Shown in pieces: positions 26,927 to 35,967 of a DNA stretch of 44,699 nt; the stretch's first letter is position 1; the number at the start of each line of letters is the position of its first letter. Location: assembly GCA_016929755.1 (NCBI GenBank), contig JAFGIF010000146.1, positions 1 to 44,699 on the forward strand, given 5' to 3'. Below the pieces are notes generated by a model. It was given only the letters and a program-made list of their open reading frames with translations. It had not been told where the DNA came from and did no database searches. The position numbers and the translations under genes were made by a program. This stretch comes from Deltaproteobacteria bacterium (lineage in GTDB: Bacteria > Desulfobacterota > Desulfomonilia > UBA1062).

Positions 26927-26940
26927 GTCATAAAATTGAC
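26927..26940. promoter_or_regulatory. Candidate enhancer (bEBP upstream activating sequence), FleQ-box-like
   Basis: GTCA-TAAAAT-TGAC palindrome about 80-90 bp upstream of the -24 element. Confidence 0.55.
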
Positions 26941-26945
26941 ACTTT

Positions 26946-26981
26946 CAGGCAGTGATTCGCCATAAGGCCAATCACTGCCTG
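26946..26981 (-). terminator. Stem-loop directly after flgE (terminator or mRNA stabiliser)
   Basis: 12-bp perfect inverted repeat CAGGCAGTGATT/AATCACTGCCTG with no U-tract on the coding strand. Confidence 0.55.
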
Positions 26982-26991
26982 TCCGGAATTC

Positions 26992-28509
26992 TTAACGTTT
27001 CAGGTTTATCAGTTCCTGCAACATATCGTCGGTTGTTGTAATAACCCTCGAGTTTGCCTGAAATCCGCGCTGGGTCGTAATCATCTTGACAAATTCCGAA
27101 GCAATATCCACATTAGATTGCTCCAGTGAGTTGGGAGCTATGCTGCCCAGTCCATTTTCGCCGGGATGACCGGTGATGGCACCTCCCGAGGCCATTGTAG
27201 CTGACCACAGATTGCCACCAACCTTATTCAATGCTTGATTATTATTGAATTTTGCCAACGCAACCCGATACTGGTACAAAATCTGACCATTGGAATAATG
27301 ACCGACCATTATCCCATTTGTGTCGACCGAAACATTTTCCAGAAAGCCTGACCCATAACCATCCTGAGTCTGATAAATCGTTGATGAGGATGAAGCATAC
27401 TGGGTTGACATAAAAGCCTGCGGTTCCCAGGTAGAGCTTGGCAGCGCTGAACCACCCGCTATATCTGCCACTGTTGCCGCGGTTCCGGCCTGCCAACTTG
27501 AACTGGTTGAGCGAAGACCCATCTCAAATGTTACGACCTGATCAACTCCATCAACAAATTCGGCCGTAAACTGAGGATATCCGTCTGTTGACATAGCGGC
27601 CTGGGTCCAGTTGGCAGCGGAGGTGGGATCACCTGTACCGGCTGTATTATAAACAAAGGCTGACATGTCAGTCAGATCTCCGGTCTCCGGCGAATATGTC
27701 AGGGTGCCCCGCATGAGAATGCCCTGCTCGGGCTGACCGTTGAAATCGTTACGCAGATCGTCATCAGGATTGCAGCAGACCATATACTCCCAGGTATTGT
27801 CAAAATCAGTTATTCCATTTTCGTACTCACAGCCTGCCGCATCGCTGGCCTTATCAAAATAGATTGTAACATCGTGCGCATTACCCAATGAATCATAGAC
27901 CCTGATAGCTGTCTGATAACCGTATGAGGAATCACTGATTGTTTCTGATGCGGTAGCATCAAATGCACCGAAGAGACTGTCGGAATTGGAGCTTTGAGTT
28001 GTGTCAAGATTGGTAATAGTGGTAATGGACTCTGTTGGCTGGGGTGGTGAGGTAAAATCACTGAGAACGATATCCTGTATTGATCCAACATCATTCCCGT
28101 TACCATCAAGAGCCCAGCCCCGCACCACATAGCCTGCCGGATTGATAAAATTTCCATCCTTGTCAAACCTGAATTGTCCTGCCCGCGTATAGAACTCGCT
28201 TTGACTGCCGGAATCCCTTACAATGAAAAATCCATTGCCGCCGATCGCCAGGTCCGTTGCATTGGAAGTGCTTTCAAATGTGCCTTGCTGATAGATGGTA
28301 TCAATCGAGCTCAAAGTGGTTCCCCGCCCAATCTGGGCCGTGCCGGATGCTGTCCCCACGGATTGAGAAAGAAGATCCTGGAAGGTTGTACGGCTGGCCT
28401 TGAATCCGATGGTATTGACATTGGCAATATTATCACCGATGACGCTCATGGCATTCCCATTGGTAGTAAGACCGCTGATGCCTGAAAATAATGAACTGGA
28501 TATACTCAT
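26992..28509 (-). CDS. flgE: Flagellar hook protein FlgE
   Basis: VIGDNIANVNTIGFK, DLAIGGNGFF, YTRAGQF, VYDSLG, LEQSNVD and QRGFQANSR. Confidence 0.96.
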   Translation of the reverse strand: MSISSSLFSGISGLTTNGNAMSVIGDNIANVNTIGFKASRTTFQDLLSQSVGTASGTAQIGRGTTLSSIDTIYQQGTFESTSNATDLAIGGNGFFIVRDSGSQSEFYTRAGQFRFDKDGNFINPAGYVVRGWALDGNGNDVGSIQDIVLSDFTSPPQPTESITTITNLDTTQSSNSDSLFGAFDATASETISDSSYGYQTAIRVYDSLGNAHDVTIYFDKASDAAGCEYENGITDFDNTWEYMVCCNPDDDLRNDFNGQPEQGILMRGTLTYSPETGDLTDMSAFVYNTAGTGDPTSAANWTQAAMSTDGYPQFTAEFVDGVDQVVTFEMGLRSTSSSWQAGTAATVADIAGGSALPSSTWEPQAFMSTQYASSSSTIYQTQDGYGSGFLENVSVDTNGIMVGHYSNGQILYQYRVALAKFNNNQALNKVGGNLWSATMASGGAITGHPGENGLGSIAPNSLEQSNVDIASEFVKMITTQRGFQANSRVITTTDDMLQELINLKR

Positions 28510-28521
28510 AAATTCCTCCTT

Positions 28522-29190
28522 TTATCCTATTATCTTATCCACTTCGGATATGGTTACCTCTTTATCGCCGATGATCAGGTAGGTAATGCCGTTGTCATAC
28601 CTTACACCGGTAACCGTGCCTGTTGCATAGGTTGTTGCACCCACATTATAACCCTCCTGATCAACAGCCTCGACCTTGTAGGTGTATCTGCCGGATGCCA
28701 CGGGATGGTTTGAACTATCCGTACCGTCCCATGTACAGCGGACATCACCCTGGGCAGTGGTGCCGACATCGATGGTTTTCACCAGGCTGCCCGAATCTGT
28801 AAATATATGCACCGCCACTTCACTCGCGTCGCCTTCAAGTTCAAAGTCAATACCCACTTCATCTCCGGCATAATCAACAATATTGCCGGAGGCACTGACC
28901 TGCTTGCCGAGAAATGTTAAGGCCTGAATATTGTTGATAGAGCCCTGAAGCTGACCCAACTGCTCCATGTTGGTGCTCATGTTATCGAGAAGTTCCAGCG
29001 ACGTAAACTGGGCCAACTGAGCCGTAAATTCAGTGTTCTCAACCGGATTGAGAGGATCCTGGTACTGCAACTGGGTCACCAGCAGCTTAAAAAATTGATC
29101 CTTCCCCAGTTCATCAGCTCCGGTCGTCTCCTGTTCAGAGATAACGGGAGTTTGGTTCGCCAAAATAGAATCAATACCTACAATACTCAT
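28522..29190 (-). CDS. flgD: Flagellar hook cap protein FlgD
   Basis: LGKDQFFKLLVTQLQYQDPLNP, AQLAQF and WDG. Confidence 0.95.
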   Translation of the reverse strand: MSIVGIDSILANQTPVISEQETTGADELGKDQFFKLLVTQLQYQDPLNPVENTEFTAQLAQFTSLELLDNMSTNMEQLGQLQGSINNIQALTFLGKQVSASGNIVDYAGDEVGIDFELEGDASEVAVHIFTDSGSLVKTIDVGTTAQGDVRCTWDGTDSSNHPVASGRYTYKVEAVDQEGYNVGATTYATGTVTGVRYDNGITYLIIGDKEVTISEVDKIIG

Positions 29191-29206
29191 GTTTTCCTCC
29201 TAAGGA

Positions 29207-30778
29207 TCAGGCAAAAATATCAAGCCCGCCTATATACAATGGTTTTCTTTGCAGTTCCTCGCTGTAGACAGTAGAGCGGGCCTGCTGAAAATCATGACCC
29301 ACTTTGCCGGTTCTTTTTTGTTTTTGGTCTTCACCCTGGTTCTGCCTGTCTTGCTCATTAAGTGTATATGTATTGGCAGCCGTCCGCTCATCCGGAGAGC
29401 CAAGAAAGGTAAAATTATTAATACGAATCCCCTGCTCAGCCAGAGACTCTCGCAGGACATGGATATTCTGCTGCAGGATATCACGGGTAAGGCTCTGGTC
29501 TGTTCTGAAAGTTGCTTCAAGTGTTCCATTATGCATCTTAAGATTCACATCAACCCTGCCGAGCATCGGTGGATTGAGTTTCAATCGGAATTGTCCCTGA
29601 TTATTATTGAAGCGTACAAACATATTCCGACGCAGTTGATCCATGACGAGCTGTGTGTGTCTGTCCAAAACAGCCTGTGAATCTCCACCAAGCCTCTCAA
29701 CCAGTGTCAGAAAGGCCTCTTTGCTGAACACACCCTTGGCATCTGCCAGAGCCAGATTCGGCTGCCACAGCTTGATAATCGATTCAATATCAGCCCACTC
29801 CATATCACTCATGGCTGTCTTGAGAAACGAAAGGGCCTCTTTAATCTCAAGTGGAAGAGAACCTCTATGGTTGGCACTCAGGTAGACGGATATTCTGCGT
29901 CCGATCAAATCAAGGGCTTTGCCCCGGGCATCCTGGCTGTCTGCAAAAAACAAGTCTTCAAGCACATTTCCCTTGATGTCAAAGGTGTTCTTTAGGGTAC
30001 GTAACAGGCGATCAGTCACACCCGAGTTGCTGATTTTTGCTCCTGCCTCGGGCACTGCCTTCATGGAGTCAACAGCGATGTGGGCACCAAAGTTTTGCGT
30101 GACTCGCGCGATGATCTCACTCAAAACAGTTTTTACAGCCGGATCTTGATTCAGGCATTGTTCCACAGTAATTAGCTGAGGTTCGGAAGTTTTTGTGCCC
30201 AAAGTTTTCATCACTTCCTGGCTTATATGGTTACCGGACATATCTTGTTTCGATGGTATTAATTGCTCCTTTTCATCGCTCGATGATGCAGTTATCAGAT
30301 TATCCAAAACCTTACGACTGCTGCAGGTTTGTGAACGCAGCGTGATATTAATTGCATCTGCCAGCTTTATTTTTATATCAGCCTTGAGTGTATCATCCGA
30401 CATGATCATATTCAGGCTCTCTGAATCCAGGCCGCATTTGCTCAAAACAGATCTAAGGCCTGTATCAGAAAGGGCCTGCCCATCGCCGCTGAGCAATGAG
30501 CGGATATCAGCCGAGCTTATACCCATTCCCTTAAGTGCGTCGATAAAGCGGGATACAATCACCTGGGGCTGACTTCCAGCAAAGGACTCATTCCCGATGG
30601 AATCCGTCTCAAGAGAAATTTGCTCTGACATTTGTTCGTGGCGGTTTTTGCCTTTGGTCTGAGCAGTTTCAAGCATAGTCTCGAAATTGCCTTCATCTGT
30701 GCGATGTGAAAAAACCTTCTGCAACAGATCCACTGCTCCGGTTGCTATCCCCAAAAGTTTCACTAAGGCTACCTGCAT
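29207..30778 (-). CDS. fliK: Flagellar hook-length control protein FliK
   Basis: C-terminal LKLNPPMLGRVDVNL...LRESLAEQGI domain; lies upstream of flgD. Confidence 0.85.
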   Translation of the reverse strand: MQVALVKLLGIATGAVDLLQKVFSHRTDEGNFETMLETAQTKGKNRHEQMSEQISLETDSIGNESFAGSQPQVIVSRFIDALKGMGISSADIRSLLSGDGQALSDTGLRSVLSKCGLDSESLNMIMSDDTLKADIKIKLADAINITLRSQTCSSRKVLDNLITASSSDEKEQLIPSKQDMSGNHISQEVMKTLGTKTSEPQLITVEQCLNQDPAVKTVLSEIIARVTQNFGAHIAVDSMKAVPEAGAKISNSGVTDRLLRTLKNTFDIKGNVLEDLFFADSQDARGKALDLIGRRISVYLSANHRGSLPLEIKEALSFLKTAMSDMEWADIESIIKLWQPNLALADAKGVFSKEAFLTLVERLGGDSQAVLDRHTQLVMDQLRRNMFVRFNNNQGQFRLKLNPPMLGRVDVNLKMHNGTLEATFRTDQSLTRDILQQNIHVLRESLAEQGIRINNFTFLGSPDERTAANTYTLNEQDRQNQGEDQKQKRTGKVGHDFQQARSTVYSEELQRKPLYIGGLDIFA

Positions 30779-30811
30779 ACGTATCTCCGACTCAACATTG
30801 AAGCCCTATGG

Positions 30812-30827
30812 AGCAATGAGAATGCCA
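30812..30827 (-). promoter_or_regulatory. sigma54 promoter of fliK-flgD-flgE
   Basis: Minus strand reads TGGCAT-tctca-TTGCT, 34 bp upstream of fliK. Confidence 0.8.
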
Positions 30828-30931
30828 ACTCATGCAATACCTGGAAATCCCTGCATATCTGTGTGCCGAGGTGACTAAATACCTGGTAATATTTTCATGG
30901 GTGGGAGAAAAACTTGCCCGTATCTGCCAAA

Positions 30932-32065
30932 TTAAGAAATAGAATGGGATTGCGTCCAGGACCTGTTCATCCACTTTTTCATAAAAAGCAGGCCGAGACC
31001 CAGCAACCCTATCAAAACAAATGCTTTCCGATAGCCGAACAGAGCACTTGCCGTTCCCACGCCAAAGGACGCCATGAGCATTCCCAGATTGAATGACCAG
31101 ACAAAAAGGCTGTTGGCAACCCCTTTTTTGCCGGGTAATGAGTCTATAATAAACGCATTTATGGTCGGATACAGGTAGCCATATCCAATCCCGAATGCCA
31201 GTGACAAGCCAACCAGGAGTGTAAGAGAGTTTATGGCGCCAGCCCATAAGGGCAGAGAAAGCATGAGAAGCACCATGGCAATCCATTTGAATGATTCAGT
31301 AAGATGATCCAAGGCCTTAACAAGGACGAACCAGACTATGAGACTGCCGCATACAAAGGCAATAAAAAATGCAGAAGAGTTGCCGATGCCGACGCTGAGA
31401 AGGTAGGACGGCAGAAACATTACTGCGGTTCCGAATACGATCCCTAAAACTGCTGCGGCGATCATAAAGGGTAAAGATCGTGTAAAGGCACTGGGCGAAT
31501 CATATCCAATCCTTTTTTTTGCCGGCAGAAAAAAACCCAGGATCATGCCGAGCAAACCGAACAGCGCAGCCGAAAAGAAAAAAGGCCCGAAGCCCCAGGC
31601 ATGAATCATGTACTCGCCGAATGCCGGCCCAATGGCATGCGTAGTGATGTTTGATGCTGTCAACATGCCGAGCAGGGTGCGCCTGTTCTTACCCGTCCCA
31701 ATTTCAAACACCATGGCGCCGGTGATACCGAATGCGCAAGCAAATCCCAGTCCCTGTATAACTCTAAGGGTAAAAATTGCCGGCCCCAAATGGGTTATGT
31801 AAGCATACAGGGGCGTGGAAAAACACATCAGGGAAGCACCGATCAGGAAAAGTATCTTTTTGGAAATCTTCTCGGATAACAAACCAACCAGCGGTAATGC
31901 TACTAAAACCGAGATGCTGAAGAATCCCATGACATAGCCGATATCGGCCGGCCCCAGTCCCAGATGCACGATAAACTTGGGCAACAGCATCAATTGGGAA
32001 AAGTTAAGAAAAAAGAAGAAATTGGCAACCAGAATTATGATAAATGTATGCTTGGATTTATTCAC
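30932..32065 (-). CDS. MFS transporter
   Basis: About 12 hydrophobic segments, a motif-A-like GLLSEKISKK, RVIQGLG and IGPAFG. Start uncertain (GTG at 32065; the ORF extends to 32098). Confidence 0.85.
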   Translation of the reverse strand: MNKSKHTFIIILVANFFFFLNFSQLMLLPKFIVHLGLGPADIGYVMGFFSISVLVALPLVGLLSEKISKKILFLIGASLMCFSTPLYAYITHLGPAIFTLRVIQGLGFACAFGITGAMVFEIGTGKNRRTLLGMLTASNITTHAIGPAFGEYMIHAWGFGPFFFSAALFGLLGMILGFFLPAKKRIGYDSPSAFTRSLPFMIAAAVLGIVFGTAVMFLPSYLLSVGIGNSSAFFIAFVCGSLIVWFVLVKALDHLTESFKWIAMVLLMLSLPLWAGAINSLTLLVGLSLAFGIGYGYLYPTINAFIIDSLPGKKGVANSLFVWSFNLGMLMASFGVGTASALFGYRKAFVLIGLLGLGLLFMKKWMNRSWTQSHSIS

Positions 32066-32189
32066 CCGGAATCCTGTCGGCAAATTCAGACAGACCAAGT
32101 AGGGATTCTTATTTTATGAGGCCCGACCCGGCCGGATACAACCGGTTCTATACAGGGGCTTTGCGAAAATTCGTAATCGGAAAAAATGA

Positions 32190-33872
32190 TCAATCTTTCT
32201 GCCACAGCTCGAATCGCCCCTTTCCACTTGCTTTGGCAGTATACAGAGCGGTATCAGCCATTTTTATCAAATCGGCTTCCCGACTATTTGTACTGTTTAC
32301 CATAGCAGCCCCGATGCTAACCGTTATATTAACGACTTTGTTCTCATCGATCTTAAATGGTGTGGTGTTAACACTCTCACAAATCCTTTGTCCCACCAGA
32401 CAGGAATTTTTTGCATCGGTATTGGGAAGAATTACTGCAAATTCATCACCCCCGTAGCGGGCGACGATATCAATGTTGCGCATTTTGCCTTTAAGAACCA
32501 TTGCAACCTGTTTGAGAACGACGTCTCCTCCTTGATGGCCCCAAGTATCATTGATCTTTTTGAAATCATCAATATCCAGCATCAATAGCGAAACATATCC
32601 GTCAGTCATTCTGCGTACCCGCTCGACTTCTTCGGTAAGGCGCTCTTGAAAATAGCGGTGGTTGTAAATATCGGTCAGACCGTCTGTTATGGACCGTTGA
32701 TTCAATTTTTCATTGAGTATCTGTAATTCTTGAGTTGCTATGGTTAATTCGCTGGCTCTTGCTTCAAGGGCATCTTTGACTTCTGCCATCTCCCATAAGG
32801 TCTTTTCCGAATCGGCATTTTTGGCCAGCAGTTCTTTTTCAAGTACCTTTTTGTGGGTTATATCGGTGAAAAGCATCAACGCCCCGGCCTTACGTCTCTT
32901 GCGAGCAATGTTCCACGCTGTAAAGTCTATGTCAATGTTAGTTCCCTGTTTTGTTGTAAGCTGACACTCACGTTTCAGGATAGTTCCTTCAATATAGAGT
33001 TTTTTAAAATCGTCCCGGAGTGACTGCACCTCATGCGATGCAACAAATTTACTGAAATCACAACCAATGATCTCATCCTTGGAATATCCTGTGTGGATAC
33101 TGACAAATTCATTACAATCAAGGACCACACCTTTTCTGCTTATATACAGAATTCCAGTAGGAGATCTGTCAAATAGCTCGCGGAATCTATTCTTGAGATC
33201 TTTATGACGGGTTTCAAGTCTTTGCTGTTCGGTAACGTCGTTTATGAACAACCACACCAGACGACCACCATTGTGGTCATCCGTACAACCACCACTAACA
33301 CTAGCATATATATGCCTGCCGTCTCTTATAGAAAACAGAAGTTTTTTAATCGGCAATATATCAGGTTGATTTCCACAAACACTGTGATACCACTTGATGT
33401 ATTCAGGCCTGCTGCGGGTGGAAATCAGGCCGAGAAACTGTTTTTCTGCAAGTTCATCAAGCCTGTATCCAACAATCTCTGAAAATTTATGATTTGCAAA
33501 AATGATAAGTCCTCTGGACAATATCACACAACCGGCATCGTGATTTTTGACGATCTTTGCAAAAATATCCGTATCTATCTTATCAGAGGTGCTATGCGTG
33601 TCTACTTCTTCGCCGTTAAGGCTGAAAAGCAGCAAATCATCTAACTTAGTGCCTATGAAACTGCACTTCAGATGGTTATCCTGAGCTGAACTCAGTGTGA
33701 TCTCCTGCATGTCCCGGTGTATACTCAGGGAATCCGGGTTAGACAGGTTGACTTGATCATCAAAACCCATCCGGCGGGCCAGAGCAGGGCTTATATATTC
33801 GATCCGATCGTGCCTTAGTGCCAGCACAAAGTCAGAGATGAAACCCGAAAGTTGAGCTAGATCAAAGACCAT
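32190..33872 (-). CDS. PAS-domain diguanylate cyclase
   Basis: Two PAS-like repeats, a coiled coil, TDGLT, DIDDFKKINDTWGHQGGD, an RNID I-site and RYGGDEF. Confidence 0.92.
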   Translation of the reverse strand: MVFDLAQLSGFISDFVLALRHDRIEYISPALARRMGFDDQVNLSNPDSLSIHRDMQEITLSSAQDNHLKCSFIGTKLDDLLLFSLNGEEVDTHSTSDKIDTDIFAKIVKNHDAGCVILSRGLIIFANHKFSEIVGYRLDELAEKQFLGLISTRSRPEYIKWYHSVCGNQPDILPIKKLLFSIRDGRHIYASVSGGCTDDHNGGRLVWLFINDVTEQQRLETRHKDLKNRFRELFDRSPTGILYISRKGVVLDCNEFVSIHTGYSKDEIIGCDFSKFVASHEVQSLRDDFKKLYIEGTILKRECQLTTKQGTNIDIDFTAWNIARKRRKAGALMLFTDITHKKVLEKELLAKNADSEKTLWEMAEVKDALEARASELTIATQELQILNEKLNQRSITDGLTDIYNHRYFQERLTEEVERVRRMTDGYVSLLMLDIDDFKKINDTWGHQGGDVVLKQVAMVLKGKMRNIDIVARYGGDEFAVILPNTDAKNSCLVGQRICESVNTTPFKIDENKVVNITVSIGAAMVNSTNSREADLIKMADTALYTAKASGKGRFELWQKD

Positions 33873-34534
33873 GTGTTATTCACATCTTCTGCAATCTCCC
33901 CAGCCTGATACATGTCGTAAAGCACTTTCTCAATCTCATCAGTGGCGAACTCTACAGTCATTGATTCTTCCAGGATGCGAATGATTTCTTCTATGGTGGA
34001 GCCTCCGGTGAGCTGAAGCACCTTTTCAGTGAAAACCACAAGATCTTCATGTATGGACCAAGGGAAAAATACCCAGCGCCATTCGTCAATCACCTTGGGG
34101 CAAAAATCAGCCATGAAATGGCTGTCCGTCTTGCTCACCAACACCGCAGTACGTATATCTCCAACCCTGGTGGACAAATATTCGGCAACCTTTTCCATAG
34201 TCATGCCCTCGTCGCTGATATCATCGACAACCACAATTTTTTGTTTTGAAAGATCAACCTCCGGCAGAGGGTAAATCAGGACCGGGCTCTCAGTCAGTTG
34301 TGCATCTTTATCCCAGTGCCCCATCTGCAAAGTACAGATATATTTCTGCTGAAGATAATCGCCCAGAATCCTTGCGGGAGCAAGCCCTCCACGTGCAACA
34401 CTAATAACAACATCAGGAATGTATCCCGACGATCGCAAATCGACAAATATCTTCCATAAAAGACCTTCAACCTCCTCCCAGGAAAGCCTGATGGCTTTTG
34501 GAAAATGATTTTTGTATATGTCAGTCTGGTTCAT
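33857..34534 (-). CDS. Type I phosphoribosyltransferase (purine/xanthine-guanine PRT-like) with C-terminal extension
   Basis: VARGGLAPA, PRPP loop VVVDDISDEGMT and WVFFPW. Confidence 0.85.
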   Translation of the reverse strand: MNQTDIYKNHFPKAIRLSWEEVEGLLWKIFVDLRSSGYIPDVVISVARGGLAPARILGDYLQQKYICTLQMGHWDKDAQLTESPVLIYPLPEVDLSKQKIVVVDDISDEGMTMEKVAEYLSTRVGDIRTAVLVSKTDSHFMADFCPKVIDEWRWVFFPWSIHEDLVVFTEKVLQLTGGSTIEEIIRILEESMTVEFATDEIEKVLYDMYQAGEIAEDVNNTWSLI

Positions 34535-34568
34535 ACCCTATCCTCAAACGAAAATTACTATCATTTTA

Positions 34569-34577
34569 ATTATACCA
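34569..34577 (-). promoter_or_regulatory. Putative extended -10 promoter of the PRT-DGC pair
   Basis: Minus strand reads TGGTATAAT, 35 bp upstream of the ATG. Confidence 0.5.
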
Positions 34578-34619
34578 TTTCTTTTTGATTCACTGAAGAA
34601 ATAAAAATTTCCGCAGGAA

Positions 34620-35474
34620 TTACCTGGTATGGAGTCGCAGGCGGGGCATACTCACTGTACCGCCGAGACTGAATTTTATTCCTGTATCCGATCCGCTTTG
34701 ATTTACATTTAACAAACTCGTTATAAATTGGGGCAGCTTGGCCTCTCCTGAAAGGTTCAGTCTTGATTTAGAAATATCTTGCACTACACGGATCCGGCCC
34801 TGTACTGTACCGGATATATCTCCGGAAAGCTCCGCCTTGTCGATTACGAGCAGCCCCTTATCCATGTTGGCTTCAAATTCCAACATTTCGAAAGAGAGTT
34901 CGTTCAGGGGCAGCGTTGAGATGAAAAGCGGCATGGTCCCGTTTTTCCATACCGCTGAGACATTGCCACTTGCTCTGTACAGAGCACCGGGAGAAGTAGA
35001 GCAGGATAGATTTCCGCTAAGCACACCTTTGATGTTCGATCCCTCAGGGATGAGTTTCGAAAACCGCTCGATATTCACCTCATCAAAATTTAATACAATT
35101 TTAACAGGACCACCGCGACCTCTGATAGGTGTCGCAACCATGCCCTTGAGCCTGCCCTCATCCATCCGGGATTTGAAATCGAGTTTCAGATCACCTTCCA
35201 GAAACCCCAGAATGCTAGGTGACACTATCAGGTCTTGGGCAATGGGCTCCTGATTTATTTTAAGATTGTCAATGGCCATCCCCAACGGAAGTCGGGATTT
35301 AACATGCCCTAAAGAAACATCCAGGCCAAATGAGGTTTGCATGGCATACTCAAGCCTGTCCCTAAGCACATCATAGGGAAACAAAAGGTAAACAAACAGC
35401 AGAAAACAGACAACTGCATAAATAATAAACCCTGCCTTTGTCCAGAAAGAATAGGCTCTCCTCTCTCTATCCAT
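34620..35474 (-). CDS. gspN: Type II secretion protein GspN
   Basis: TM helix, then LFPYDVLRDRL, then a beta-rich body; last gene of the gsp run. Probable start is the ATG at 35474. Confidence 0.75.
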   Translation of the reverse strand: MDRERRAYSFWTKAGFIIYAVVCFLLFVYLLFPYDVLRDRLEYAMQTSFGLDVSLGHVKSRLPLGMAIDNLKINQEPIAQDLIVSPSILGFLEGDLKLDFKSRMDEGRLKGMVATPIRGRGGPVKIVLNFDEVNIERFSKLIPEGSNIKGVLSGNLSCSTSPGALYRASGNVSAVWKNGTMPLFISTLPLNELSFEMLEFEANMDKGLLVIDKAELSGDISGTVQGRIRVVQDISKSRLNLSGEAKLPQFITSLLNVNQSGSDTGIKFSLGGTVSMPRLRLHTR

Positions 35475-35967
35475 ACAGCACCACTTGGAAGGTGATATCC
35501 AAATTTTTGTCCCGCTCAATACGTTTGATGTTTAAGCGCTTGATCCGTAGATTAAACGGACATGAATCAATACCATATAACAGGCCAATCAAATCATCCT
35601 GATAGATACCGCGTATCTTCAGTTCCACCGATTCCTTCGATGAACCGCTCACATCACCAATTGGTTTCATATACTCAATACGCTCGTTGATACCCAGTTC
35701 TTTACCAAGCTCTTCGAGAAACCCGAACAGGGTAAAATCCTTGTCAGTTGCTACGCCCTGACTTTCTTTGGATAAATTCTGCACGGAACGTATCTTAGCG
35801 GAAAGCTCGTAGACCTGTTTCAACTGGGAATCCTGCGAGATTACAACTTCAGCCAAATCTTTTCTGTTTTCAATCAGGGGAATCAAAACCCCGGCCACAA
35901 GGATGAAGGCTGCAACGAACAGGGCTCCAAGGCCGATCAGCAGCTTTTCTCGCTTCGAAAATTTCAT
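35467..35967 (-). CDS. gspM: Type II secretion protein GspM
   Basis: SKREKLLI plus TM and a short periplasmic domain; follows gspL. Confidence 0.8.
   Translation of the reverse strand: MKFSKREKLLIGLGALFVAAFILVAGVLIPLIENRKDLAEVVISQDSQLKQVYELSAKIRSVQNLSKESQGVATDKDFTLFGFLEELGKELGINERIEYMKPIGDVSGSSKESVELKIRGIYQDDLIGLLYGIDSCPFNLRIKRLNIKRIERDKNLDITFQVVLYG

Noticed and set aside
30792-31286. 164-aa minus-strand ORF
   Set aside because: It overlaps the MFS gene out of frame and the fliK sigma54 promoter, and has no protein-like motifs.
35456-35468. (CT)n run at the gspM/gspN junction as a phase-variation tract
   Set aside because: Only about six units, encoding RERR in frame, which is too short to support slippage.
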